Shown: positions 1 through 9,170 of the stretch, in pieces
Layout of the letters: each line of letters begins with the position of its first letter
Numbering within the stretch: the stretch's first letter is position 1
Virus record (IMG/VR): IMGVR_UViG_3300037258_000282
Location: 88,590-152,589 of that record
Length of the DNA: 64,000 nt
From: a virus
Strand: one strand, 5' to 3'
Notes under the pieces: generated by a model
What the model was told of the DNA's origin: nothing
The model's input: the letters and a program-made list of their open reading frames with translations, nothing else
Databases searched by the model: none
Made by a program: the position numbers and the translations under genes

Positions 1-601
1 CATTCTTTATCTTCAACTCATCGCTGTTACAGAACACCGAGTGGTACTTCCAGTGATCCCTGTTGTTCATCATGACAAGGTTCTCTGGATTATTGTTGTA
101 TCTATTTAAGTCGAAGTGGTGAACTGTCCTCTTGTTTAGGTGGTTCAAGTCAGCATCATAAGAGAATTCCTCGCGAAGCCCGTTCTCGTCTTTCCACTTA
201 GATACCGCGCGATGAGTAAATACCCACTTCTTACTGTCATTTTGATATATCTGCTCGTACTCTCTTCCACCATCTTCTATGGGAGACATCCTCCTATAGC
301 CTGGAATGATCGACTCACCAATCGCGAGGTGCTGAGCCTCGACGAACCCCTTGTTCCAAACTGGAAACTTGTGATCTGGTGTGCAGACAACGCTCTTGCC
401 ATTGTCAAGAGTGACGCGAACTACGTCGGAGTCTCTCTTAGTGATGCCAGCCCACTCTACTGGTCCTGGCGCGAATTTACCAGTCATGGGATCGCATGAG
501 TATACCCAGTTCTTCTTACCAGCCTCGTACTCGGCGATTATCTCTTCTAGCGGAAGAGTGCGACCATCCAGCAGTGGTATTCTCGTATCTAACGCGAGAC
601 A
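1..601 (-). mobile_element. Intein with HNH homing endonuclease in the portal protein (3' part outside window)
   Basis: After DDRKFM the frame reads CLALDTRIPLLDGRTL (block A, Cys1 codon 601-599), VVCTPDHKFPV (block B TxxH), then THRAV...TVHHFDLNRYNNNPENLVMMNNRDHWKYH (HNH motif). Confidence 0.9.
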
Positions 602-1549
602 CATGAACTTGCGATCGTCACGAACCTCACCAGACGCGGCGTCATATATGAGACGATTCTTGTGCTTCACCATGATCTCGCGGACGTACTGCTCCGCCTT
701 GATCTTTGGAAGATTACCGACGTCGATGTACCATATTCTTCTCTCGGGGGCTCTCGCGATCCTGTATATGACCATGGAGTCTTCGAGCGTCCTAAGCTGG
801 TTCAGAGACTTAATGCCCTTATGCAGATAGGACAGGACCATGGTCCCACCGTTATCTGTCAGCCCGGATACTACGTGAAGTATGGAATCTACCGCGATCT
901 TTAGGCCGTTAGTCGCAGGGCCAGATGGCTTATTTCCGTAGTTGAACCCCTTATCGTTGAACACGAAGTACTCGTTAGCAACGCGAGTGATCGTGGCGTC
1001 ACCGCCTCCGATACCTCCAGATGAGCCTCCCTGAACTCGCTTTCGAGCGACCTCGCGAATCTTACGGATCTTTCTCGGATCTATGTATCGAAGTTCCTTG
1101 ATGCCACCAGACGTATCGTTCTCATCTATGATGACGTGATAGTATAGGCGCCCATCGATATACCAGCGCCTGAGAATGTCGTACGCGTATTTGTTAAAAT
1201 CGAGAAGGTCTAGGCAGTTGTGAAACTCCTCGATTATGACCTTCTTAATATTATCAGAGATATTGACTTTATCTAGATTTATATCTACGATGGTCTCTTC
1301 GTCGATAGACATAGCTTCATTGACTATCTCATCGATAGCCGAATCGCACTCCGGCTGGAGCGACATCTCTCGATATTTAGTGACGAGTTCGGCCTCAGTT
1401 CGAACAGTTCCATCTAGATCGATGTACGTTCCGAACGAGCCACCGGCCGCGACGATAACAGCTCCGTCCTCATTATCCCTCGGGGCGAATGAGACTAGCT
1501 GCTTGTCTAGCGGTACTTTTCTCTTAAACTCAAATCCGAATAGCATCAT
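1..1549 (-). CDS. gp20: Portal vertex protein (T4 gp20-like), 5' part, contains an intein; continues beyond window start
   Basis: Not in the ORF track (no stop inside the window). Manual translation from ATG 1549: MMLFGFEFKRKVP...GGSFGTYIDLDGTVRTEAELVTKYREMSLQPECDSAIDEIVNEA...KNRLIYDAASGEVRDDRKFM, typical of T4-like portals. Lies downstream of gp19, as in T4. Confidence 0.95.
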   Translation of the reverse strand, partial: MMLFGFEFKRKVPLDKQLVSFAPRDNEDGAVIVAAGGSFGTYIDLDGTVRTEAELVTKYREMSLQPECDSAIDEIVNEAMSIDEETIVDINLDKVNISDNIKKVIIEEFHNCLDLLDFNKYAYDILRRWYIDGRLYYHVIIDENDTSGGIKELRYIDPRKIRKIREVARKRVQGGSSGGIGGGDATITRVANEYFVFNDKGFNYGNKPSGPATNGLKIAVDSILHVVSGLTDNGGTMVLSYLHKGIKSLNQLRTLEDSMVIYRIARAPERRIWYIDVGNLPKIKAEQYVREIMVKHKNRLIYDAASGEVRDDRKFMCLALDTRIPLLDGRTLPLEEIIAEYEAGKKNWVYSCDPMTGKFAPGPVEWAGITKRDSDVVRVTLDNGKSVVCTPDHKFPVWNKGFVEAQHLAIGESIIPGYRRMSPIEDGGREYEQIYQNDSKKWVFTHRAVSKWKDENGLREEFSYDADLNHLNKRTVHHFDLNRYNNNPENLVMMNNRDHWKYHSVFCNSDELKIKN

Positions 1550-1575
1550 AACGGAAAGTGACTCCTATGACGCTA

Positions 1576-2214
1576 TTATGACTGCCCACCAGTAGGATCT
1601 ACAGTGATGGCCGCGGTCGTATTGGAGATCTCCCACCAGTCATAAGAGAAAGTAACGTCGAATACCTCTATCTGGTTGGTCTGATCCCATCCGAGTCTGA
1701 TCTCTGCGACGTTGTTGGGCCATGCACCCATGATGGCGTATGTTACGATCTGCGATCCGGTTTTCGAGAACTGAGTGACGTCCATCTCTACCTTGTATGA
1801 AGTTCCAGAGCTTCCACCCGTGGTAGTCGTTGTATTGGTTCCAATACCTGGAGTTGGCCCACCGGACTCAGATAGAAAGTTAGGATTGCGGACGTTACCG
1901 ACCATGGCGTTTATGTAGTTCGACCACGCCTCAAACGTCGAGCGAAGGAGAAAGTCCTCGTCGTTCTGGATAGTTACGGTCCAATCCGGAAAGGTCCTAT
2001 CTCCAGCCGCCTTCATGGTCCGCCCAAAGTACGGTACGGGAATATTTCCTATAGTCGCCGGTGGAATCGACCCCGCCTGGCAGGCAAATTGGAACTTCTG
2101 AGGAGCTCCAGGAGCAGAGAACGGAGGAAGATTGAGAGTGCAGCTGAAGAGTGAGGGACGAGCACCGTCGAGAACTAGTCCCTGCTGTCTGAATGTGGCT
2201 ATGTTGAATGGCAG
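1576..2214 (-). CDS. gp19: Tail tube protein (gp19-like), probable CTG start
   Basis: The frame extends upstream of the track's Met: CTG-PFNIATFRQQGLVLDGARPSLF...IPVPYFGRTMKAAGDRTFPDWTVTIQNDEDF...IEVFDVTFSYDWWE. GGGAG lies 8 nt before the CTG. Confidence 0.93.
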   Translation of the reverse strand: MPFNIATFRQQGLVLDGARPSLFSCTLNLPPFSAPGAPQKFQFACQAGSIPPATIGNIPVPYFGRTMKAAGDRTFPDWTVTIQNDEDFLLRSTFEAWSNYINAMVGNVRNPNFLSESGGPTPGIGTNTTTTTGGSSGTSYKVEMDVTQFSKTGSQIVTYAIMGAWPNNVAEIRLGWDQTNQIEVFDVTFSYDWWEISNTTAAITVDPTGGQS

Positions 2215-2228
2215 TGGAGTTACTCCCG

Positions 2229-2423
2229 TTAGATGACGTATGTACTATTTATTCTCTTCTGATGTGAGGCAGACATCTTGGTCCTAGTCTCATCAGATAT
2301 CTTGGTACCTAATTTTCTCAGTCTCATCTTCTCTCTAGCCTCTGTGGAGTGCCTATTACCGGTATTATCGGTCGGAATGCCAGAGCTCCAGACTCTAATG
2401 TATTTTTTTATCAAAGGTACCAA
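2229..2423 (-). pseudogene. Remnant of a NUMOD3-containing homing endonuclease
   Basis: GNRHSTEAREKMR and GTKISDETRTKMSASH are two NUMOD3-like motifs. No nuclease domain; AT-rich insert between sheath and tube genes. Confidence 0.6.
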
Positions 2424-2478
2424 AAATATTTAGTAGGTGAAGAAATCCTACTAAGTTGTTGATTTCAAATTGGTTTTA

Positions 2479-4611
2479 TTATCCCGAGAAGTTGCCAACT
2501 ACCTCTGCGAAGGCCACTCCGGTCGGAACAGCTACAAAATTAAGTTGTATAAAGTTAATTGAGCGCGATGGCTTGACGTATATGTCGGCCACAAACTGAT
2601 TTGAGTCAATTACCTGAGCCGTGTTGTTGGTGGTATCGCAGACAACTTCGAAGTCAAAGATACCATCGAGAGCCTTGATTCCCGCAAGATATGGAGTCAC
2701 CATATTGACGAACGCCGCGCGGGTAAACGCGTCATTTAGCTGGAATAGGGTATACTTCGCGGCTATAGAGATGGCCTTCTCTATGGTGATGAACAGGCGC
2801 CTGACGTTGATGCGATCGAAGGCCGACGGCTGCGACAGCATCGTCTTGTCTCCGTAGAGGATCGTTCCCTGAGCCGGGAAAGTCACTACCGGATCTATGC
2901 CGTTTGGATACAGGAGATTCCTATCCGAGAGGGCCGGATTGAAGCGCATCTTGACGACGTTGTTTATCTGACCGCGGTTGAAGCCGGCCGGTGAGTCCCA
3001 AGGATATCCGATGGAATCATTCCTCACGCAGAGCCCGGCGATGTCTCCGTTGGTCGGAACCCACCTATAGACGTCATTATACCTATCGTACTGGTACTTA
3101 TACCCGGAATCGATCAGGGCATAGGAAGTAGACGAGAGGATGTTCCTCCAGTTTATGAGCGCTACGGCCTCATTATTATAGTTGTTAGTGATGACCGCGT
3201 CGTCTGGAGTGATAAACACCACGCAGTCTAGGCGAAATTGGGCGATATTCTGGATCAGCCACTCACTTAGGAGGAAGTTGTTGATCTGCATGCCGGATCC
3301 ATCTAGGGCTACCGTAGCTCCACCGATAGGTCTTCCCTGAAGGATCAGAGACACGTCGATGTCTTCGGTCGACTGAAACTTCAGGTAGCCGTTGGTGATG
3401 GTCGCCAGCGAGGCGTTGGACTCGCCGACTCCGTCTTGGCCGGAGTTAAAGGCGATCGTAAGTGGAAAGCTGTCTGACGAGCTGAGGAGCGACGTGGAGA
3501 TCGCGGAGTTGGCCGCGTGATCTGGGCGATCGTTTACTCCCCAGGCGTACTGAGAGTTCTGGTTGAGGACGGTCTTCCAGAAGTTCGTCACACCACCTAC
3601 GGTCAGCGCGTCGGTCGCGCGAGATAGGTTGGTGTAGGTCTCGAGAATGGTTCCAGGGACTCCCGAGAAATCTCCGTTCTCATCTTGAATGACCACGTGC
3701 ATTCCATCGATGATCGACGCGTTGGACGTCTTCGTCGCCATATACGGCGTCTGCTGAGGTGGAACTCCGATGACGTTCTGAAATTCCCAGAACCTAGTGA
3801 TGAAGTTGGTGTTCGCCGCGGCAGATGAGTTGATCGAGAAGTCCGTCGATACGATATACTTCGAGGTCAGTCCGACAGATACGGTCGAGATATTCGAAGT
3901 CGCGTTCGTGGTAAGTACCGGAGCTGATATCGTCGCGATCTGAGAGTACTGCGTTCCGACAGAGGTATTTCCCAGCACTATGTAGTCGCCAACAGAGAAG
4001 TTAGAGATCAGCGTGTTGACCGCCGCAGTTATCTGCGTTCCGTTAGCGCCGACCATCACGAGTGATACGGCGTTAGATCCAGTATTGATCGACGCGGTAG
4101 TCACTACAGCGTTTGAAGATACGGCGTTTGGAAGAAAGACGTTTGAGGTATAGGCATTGACCGAGTCGCACACCGACACGAGAAGTGAATTTCCGAGCCC
4201 GCCCGGCCACTTAGCGATGAACATCGCGTTAGTGTCGAATGATACGACGTTCTCAAATTGAGCCTCGTTAGTGACCACGCAAAGCGCGACGTTAGCGACC
4301 GGTCCGGTGTTGGCGATAGCGTTGAGAGCGGCATTGGCGTCACCAGAGGTCGTGTTGGCCGCGCGAACGACGAAGAGCTGATTACCATAGGACAGGAAGT
4401 TAGCCGCGGTAAACCAAGTCTGGAAGTTGTTCTGGTTAGGAGATCCAAAGGTCGACACTAGAGTCGACTCGGAGTTGATCTGAATGGCCTCTCCAACTGG
4501 TCCCCAGCTGAAGATACCGGCAATCGCTCCCTGAGTAGTGCCTACCGCCGGAACTATGGTAGTTAGGTCAAACTCAGTTACGTTTACGCCGGGAGATAGT
4601 TGAGTCGCCAT
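2479..4611 (-). CDS. gp18: Tail sheath protein
   Basis: MATQLSPGVNVTEFDLT, FSWGP, SPAGFNRGQI, SAFDRINVRRLF, YVKPSRSINFIQLNFVA. Confidence 0.97.
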   Translation of the reverse strand: MATQLSPGVNVTEFDLTTIVPAVGTTQGAIAGIFSWGPVGEAIQINSESTLVSTFGSPNQNNFQTWFTAANFLSYGNQLFVVRAANTTSGDANAALNAIANTGPVANVALCVVTNEAQFENVVSFDTNAMFIAKWPGGLGNSLLVSVCDSVNAYTSNVFLPNAVSSNAVVTTASINTGSNAVSLVMVGANGTQITAAVNTLISNFSVGDYIVLGNTSVGTQYSQIATISAPVLTTNATSNISTVSVGLTSKYIVSTDFSINSSAAANTNFITRFWEFQNVIGVPPQQTPYMATKTSNASIIDGMHVVIQDENGDFSGVPGTILETYTNLSRATDALTVGGVTNFWKTVLNQNSQYAWGVNDRPDHAANSAISTSLLSSSDSFPLTIAFNSGQDGVGESNASLATITNGYLKFQSTEDIDVSLILQGRPIGGATVALDGSGMQINNFLLSEWLIQNIAQFRLDCVVFITPDDAVITNNYNNEAVALINWRNILSSTSYALIDSGYKYQYDRYNDVYRWVPTNGDIAGLCVRNDSIGYPWDSPAGFNRGQINNVVKMRFNPALSDRNLLYPNGIDPVVTFPAQGTILYGDKTMLSQPSAFDRINVRRLFITIEKAISIAAKYTLFQLNDAFTRAAFVNMVTPYLAGIKALDGIFDFEVVCDTTNNTAQVIDSNQFVADIYVKPSRSINFIQLNFVAVPTGVAFAEVVGNFSG

Positions 4612-4666
4612 GCCTCTTTCCTTTCAGTAGTTTAAACTACAACTGATTATTATTCTAATTTCCGAG

Positions 4667-4674
4667 TATTTATA
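4667..4674 (-). promoter_or_regulatory. T4-type late promoter TATAAATA upstream of gp18
   Basis: Exact TATAAATA on the minus strand, in the gp17-gp18 intergenic gap. Confidence 0.8.
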
Positions 4675-4706
4675 ATACTGAGGCTTTCACTACAGTTCCG
4701 TATTTA

Positions 4707-6368
4707 TCAGAATTTCTCCTGCTTATAGTACATCCAGTTGTCACCGTCGTATGGTCTGACGTTTGGATCCGGCTCATCCCTGCCGTCATACACGAATAGA
4801 AATTGGGCTAGATCCTGCTCGATCTCTTCGTCTGTCTTATCTCTAAGCTTCTGCATGGTATGGATGTTGGCATAGTCCTTGAAGTATCCTTGATCTGACA
4901 GCCATGAGAAGAGCACGAGACCCATGACCAAGTCGTCGTGCTTTCCCGGCTCGGCCTCATATGAATCTTTCTTCTTTGAGAACGTCGAGAGCTCCTCGAT
5001 AGTGTTAAAATCATTTATGATGAGCTGATTCTGCTCCACGAGAAGCTTTAATATCGAGCAACCTATGTTCTTAACTACTTTAGTAGTCCTGATACCCTTA
5101 TCAATCTGCTTTCCACCGAAGCCAGAGGTGATCCTCTTTCCAGACCTTCCGGCATTCTCAGTAAAGAGAACGTTGTCATAGTTGAAGTCATAGTGCAGGG
5201 AGGTAGAGACCTGCTCACCGATATCGTTGATCTCTACTAGAACTGCCGAATTGTTGTAGGCGATCGCGACTCTATGCACTATGGCGGCGTAGTCCAATGG
5301 AGTGATGTAGTTGTCTCTATACACCGCGACCTGCTCATATGGCATCTCGGTGACGTCGATAAGTTGAAACGCAGAGTAGTCTAGACCTTTTCCACGTGAG
5401 ACGTCGCAGACCATCATGTAGATCCTATTAGGTCGCGGAGAGACATACACGTGAAGTCCCTCGGAAGCGGTCTCTGGACTCTTCCATATGAGCTCCTTGA
5501 GCTTCCATCCCGCGATAAGCGTTCCAGATGAACCTTGAAATTCGCACTCCATCTCTTGGGCGAATTTCTGAAGATCTCCATTCATTCCATCGAGAGTGTC
5601 TTTCTTCCACTTCTCGTCCCTTCCCGGAACGTCCTTCCAGTGGACTCTCAGAGGCTTGAACTGATTTTTTCTCTCCTTGGCTCCTACCCAAAACTTATGA
5701 AAGTGATTGAGTCCAAATGGCGTGGAGACCAAGATGATCTTTGAGTCGACGCCGGACGAGATAGTCGGATAGACTGAGGTGTAGAACTCATCCCACTTCT
5801 CGATGTGAGCCGCCTCGTCGACGAAGAGAAGTGATATGGAGTATCCTCGGATCGCGTCTTTTGTAGTAGTAGAAGCTATAACGCGAGAGTTGTTGTCTAG
5901 CTCAAACGATCCCTCGTTCCACTTCAGAACTCCATGCTGAAGCCACTTGGGAAGATGCTCGTATGCGAGCTGAATGCGTCCTAGTATCTCGCGAGCGACC
6001 TCTCCCTTGTTGGCTAGCAGCGCGACGGTCTTCTCTGACTGAAACAGAACGTACCACAGTATGAAGCCGCACGTAGTGGTTGACTTGCCACTTTGACGCG
6101 CGGAAGTTATAATATTGAACCTCTCATTTTTGAAGTTCAACAACATCTGCTTCTGATAGTCATATAGCTTAAAGTGCACGAGTCCCTTATCTAGAGATAC
6201 GATCTTCATGTAGGTCTCTACGAAGTAGATGGGATCCTCGGAGCACTTGACGTACTCTTGAATAAGTTCCGGCGTCCACTCTATCTGCTGATTAGCTCTC
6301 TTTAAGAGTGGATTTCCGTTGTAGGCTTTTACTAGGTCGAAATTTCGATCATCCTGCATACTTACCAT
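4707..6368 (-). CDS. gp17: Terminase large subunit
   Basis: Walker A ARQSGKST, Walker B LLFVDEAAH, nuclease CDVSRGKGLDYS and HDDLVM; YNGNPLLKRAN N-terminus. No intein seen. Confidence 0.97.
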   Translation of the reverse strand: MVSMQDDRNFDLVKAYNGNPLLKRANQQIEWTPELIQEYVKCSEDPIYFVETYMKIVSLDKGLVHFKLYDYQKQMLLNFKNERFNIITSARQSGKSTTTCGFILWYVLFQSEKTVALLANKGEVAREILGRIQLAYEHLPKWLQHGVLKWNEGSFELDNNSRVIASTTTKDAIRGYSISLLFVDEAAHIEKWDEFYTSVYPTISSGVDSKIILVSTPFGLNHFHKFWVGAKERKNQFKPLRVHWKDVPGRDEKWKKDTLDGMNGDLQKFAQEMECEFQGSSGTLIAGWKLKELIWKSPETASEGLHVYVSPRPNRIYMMVCDVSRGKGLDYSAFQLIDVTEMPYEQVAVYRDNYITPLDYAAIVHRVAIAYNNSAVLVEINDIGEQVSTSLHYDFNYDNVLFTENAGRSGKRITSGFGGKQIDKGIRTTKVVKNIGCSILKLLVEQNQLIINDFNTIEELSTFSKKKDSYEAEPGKHDDLVMGLVLFSWLSDQGYFKDYANIHTMQKLRDKTDEEIEQDLAQFLFVYDGRDEPDPNVRPYDGDNWMYYKQEKF

Positions 6369-6768
6369 CCTCTTGAGGTGACTCTACGACCTTCATCTCT
6401 ATGATCTTCTGCTCGTCCTTAACTCCAGCTATCATCTTCGCGAGTTCTGCCGTAGAGAGAAATAGGTTGTTGTTCGTGATGTTTTTAGTCGAAGTGATCG
6501 GAGCGTCGGCGTTGCGAATAGATCTGATCTTTATCTGAAGATCAAGAAGGTCCTTGTTAGCCATCACTATAGTCGAGACTAGCCCGGAGAGAACCTCATA
6601 TGAGCGCGGATGCTGCGACTGCTGGGCTAGATTAGAGAGTTCGTGAAGAGAGGTCTTGGCGGTCTCTATAACTTCTAATAGATTAGCTCTCGCGGTCTCA
6701 AAGTCTCTCGATGCCGAGTCGTTGTTTACTTCATCAAGCAGGTTAGAGATCTCATCACTTTCGCTCAT
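6349..6768 (-). CDS. gp16: Terminase small subunit
   Basis: DFETARANL, QHPRSYEVL, TNNNLFLSTAEL; immediately upstream of gp17. Confidence 0.9.
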   Translation of the reverse strand: MSESDEISNLLDEVNNDSASRDFETARANLLEVIETAKTSLHELSNLAQQSQHPRSYEVLSGLVSTIVMANKDLLDLQIKIRSIRNADAPITSTKNITNNNLFLSTAELAKMIAGVKDEQKIIEMKVVESPQEDGKYAG

Positions 6769-7571
6769 ACGTCAGTTTCCATTATAGTAGAGATGAACCC
6801 ATAGTCGTCAGTTATGGAGATCTCTTGATATGGAATCGTTAGAGACGCGTTTGAAGTCGGCTGACCATTAGCGAGAAGACCAGGATAATACTGAAAGCTT
6901 GCAGATGGAGTCAAGTTAGCCGCCGCATCTCCAACTATGATAGATGTGTTAGTGAATTGAATTGGGAAGGCCTGCTTTATCGGCCCGTACATATATCCCT
7001 TGACCTGAAGACTAAACTCCCAGATTATAGCTCTTCTCTTATTGAAGTCACCGTCGTAATTATCAGATACCGCGACGTCTGATATGACTACTGGAATATT
7101 TCTAGAGTCACTCATCTCGGGGACCAGATTTATAGATAGGGTCCAATCTGGAGTAAAGTATGGAAGTATCTGCTCGATGATCTTCGTACCGTCCTCAGCG
7201 TTCTTCACGTAGACGTAGCACTTGAAGTTGATGTTATAGGGAACTGGGTTATACTGAACGCTGAGGCGGTTAGCCGCAGAGCCCGGCCGTATGTTTCGAT
7301 TTATAGTCTCAAGCTTTCTCGACGCGTCGTACTCTAGTCCCACCAGCTCATACGACATCACGGGAAGTATCACGGCGGCTGGCCTAGAGATGTCGGGATC
7401 TTGGTCGACTCTGGCCATCATCTTATCTTTGGGAGCGTACATAACCGGCACGGTTAGGAGCTCAGTAGTCGAGCCACCGACTGTCCTGACTATCTTGATG
7501 TCGTTGAGAAGAACTCCTACTAGAACTACATACTTTCTGATGAGTCCGAAATAATACGACTGGCCAAAAAT
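6765..7571 (-). CDS. gp15: Tail sheath stabilizer / tail terminator (gp15-like), probable ATT start
   Basis: PVPYNINF, IIEQILPYFTP, RRAIIWEF. The conserved N-terminus FGQSYYFGLIRKYVV...LNDIKIVR lies upstream of the track start. GGAGG-N5-ATT, with an in-frame TAG just upstream. Confidence 0.88.
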   Translation of the reverse strand: MFGQSYYFGLIRKYVVLVGVLLNDIKIVRTVGGSTTELLTVPVMYAPKDKMMARVDQDPDISRPAAVILPVMSYELVGLEYDASRKLETINRNIRPGSAANRLSVQYNPVPYNINFKCYVYVKNAEDGTKIIEQILPYFTPDWTLSINLVPEMSDSRNIPVVISDVAVSDNYDGDFNKRRAIIWEFSLQVKGYMYGPIKQAFPIQFTNTSIIVGDAAANLTPSASFQYYPGLLANGQPTSNASLTIPYQEISITDDYGFISTIMETDV

Positions 7572-7606
7572 ACAAACCTCCTATGACTGAATGAAAGAGA
7601 GTGTGG

Positions 7607-8389
7607 TTAAAAAATTCCGCCTGATGGTTGGACTGAGTCTGGAACTTCTCCCTCCTCAACGTCGTCCTCAGAGAACGGATTCTCAACCGTCCAGTTGATT
7701 ACCTCATCTCCCTCAGTATCGATCTCGCGAGAGTCATCGAACGCCATCCTCTTGTCGGGCCCAGAACTGGCCTGCTGGATGATGTTGTCGTCCGTATCCG
7801 TGAGGTAGTTGCCCAGAGTGTCGAGAATGGCCCAGTCATAGATGTTGTTGTCGAACATCGCCTGTATCTTATCGATCTGAGGCACCCCAGTGTTGAATAT
7901 CTCAGACGAGTACTCGAACAGTTGGCACGTCATCTGCCAGGTATATAGCTTACCGAGCTGATAGAAGGTCTCAAACTTCTGAACGAAGGTTATCTGAAAG
8001 CACTTATCGTTCAATGGAAAGTATATGAGGTCTCCCTCGTTTGGTCTTACCTGTCCAGTGACTGACGATACTATCTGCTTGAAGACTTTTCGAGGAACAG
8101 ACAGCGTAACCTGATCTCGGATCTCTAGCCCGGCGAACTTAGACATAAACGAGCCATCGCCCTCGAATTGATCGGCTGACTCTATGTATAGGCAGAGAGG
8201 AATGGCCTGACTATATGTGGACTGATCGTCGGCCCCGAGAAGTCTATCCTTGTTTACTATTCCGCGTGGGAGGTACATCATGTCCTCACCATATATTCCG
8301 GTCGCCTCAATAATCAAGCTCTCGAGCAGGTCCTGCTCCTTAGAGGCCTTGTAGTTATTAAAAAAAAGTGAACTCCCGCTTATCGGCAT
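7607..8389 (-). CDS. gp14: Neck protein gp14
   Basis: LIIEATGIYGEDMMYLPR, MSKFAGLEIRDQ, RPNEGDLIYFPL, FYQLGK, ENPF. Confidence 0.92.
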   Translation of the reverse strand: MPISGSSLFFNNYKASKEQDLLESLIIEATGIYGEDMMYLPRGIVNKDRLLGADDQSTYSQAIPLCLYIESADQFEGDGSFMSKFAGLEIRDQVTLSVPRKVFKQIVSSVTGQVRPNEGDLIYFPLNDKCFQITFVQKFETFYQLGKLYTWQMTCQLFEYSSEIFNTGVPQIDKIQAMFDNNIYDWAILDTLGNYLTDTDDNIIQQASSGPDKRMAFDDSREIDTEGDEVINWTVENPFSEDDVEEGEVPDSVQPSGGIF

Positions 8390-8427
8390 CGAGATCTCTT
8401 AAACCTTGCTCTTAATTAACATAAAAA

Positions 8428-9165
8428 TTAGTTAATCATATCTACAACCGGAAGCGAGTAGTTCATGATGAGATCATGCTCGAGCTTCTCTCGCTCCTCT
8501 GTGGCCTCATTGTAGATCTTCTGCCCGTTGAACATCACGCCTCCAGGTAGCTTCATGCCGGTGAACTTAGACAGGTTAGAGCCCCAGTTCTGCTTTATGA
8601 GGCAAGTCGCGTATCTCGTGAGCCAGCGATCTCCCCACATCTTGGGATACTCATCTGGATCTATCACTTTATACGCCCTGAATATCAAGAAGTCGCCGAC
8701 GTTGACGATATTCCAGTCCATGTCTATGTAGACGCGATTCTGGTGCCTGTTATATCTAAGTGGCTGCAGTCCGACTAGAATCTGCTCCAAGAACTGTATT
8801 CCCTGGAGAGCCACATAGTATGGAGTCATAGATACCGACGTCAGGGTATAGAGGTCGTTTAGGGCGATCTGATACCTGATATTGAACAAGTTGTTCGTGT
8901 TCAGGGCCTCTCCGATGGGAAATATGTCGACGACTCCAACGAAGTTATCTGGGAGCGTTACGTACCTATTGGTGATGTCCTGCTGCTGAACCTTATAGGC
9001 GTAGTTCTCTGCCGTAACTCCGTCGAAGTGATAGTCCGCGAACATCTGGAGGGCCTCGTCGATCCTGTCCTCGACCTGATCGTCGTCGACGTTGATCTCA
9101 ACGACAGGATGACCGAGCTTCCTCAGGCAAAAAGTCTTAAATTGTTGCCTATTGACAGGTATCAT
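8428..9165 (-). CDS. gp13: Neck protein gp13
   Basis: CLRKLGHPVVEINVDDDQVEDRIDEALQ, DYHFDG, QNWGSNLSKF, LPGGVMFNG. Confidence 0.93.
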   Translation of the reverse strand: MIPVNRQQFKTFCLRKLGHPVVEINVDDDQVEDRIDEALQMFADYHFDGVTAENYAYKVQQQDITNRYVTLPDNFVGVVDIFPIGEALNTNNLFNIRYQIALNDLYTLTSVSMTPYYVALQGIQFLEQILVGLQPLRYNRHQNRVYIDMDWNIVNVGDFLIFRAYKVIDPDEYPKMWGDRWLTRYATCLIKQNWGSNLSKFTGMKLPGGVMFNGQKIYNEATEEREKLEHDLIMNYSLPVVDMIN

Positions 9166-9170
9166 TTATA

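Noticed and set aside
140-1595. Plus-strand ORFs 140..499, 381..830, 662..904 and 1236..1595
   Set aside because: Shadows of the minus-strand portal/intein frame; no motifs.
4707-6368. Intein or intron in the terminase large subunit
   Set aside because: The 553-aa frame has contiguous motifs and normal length.
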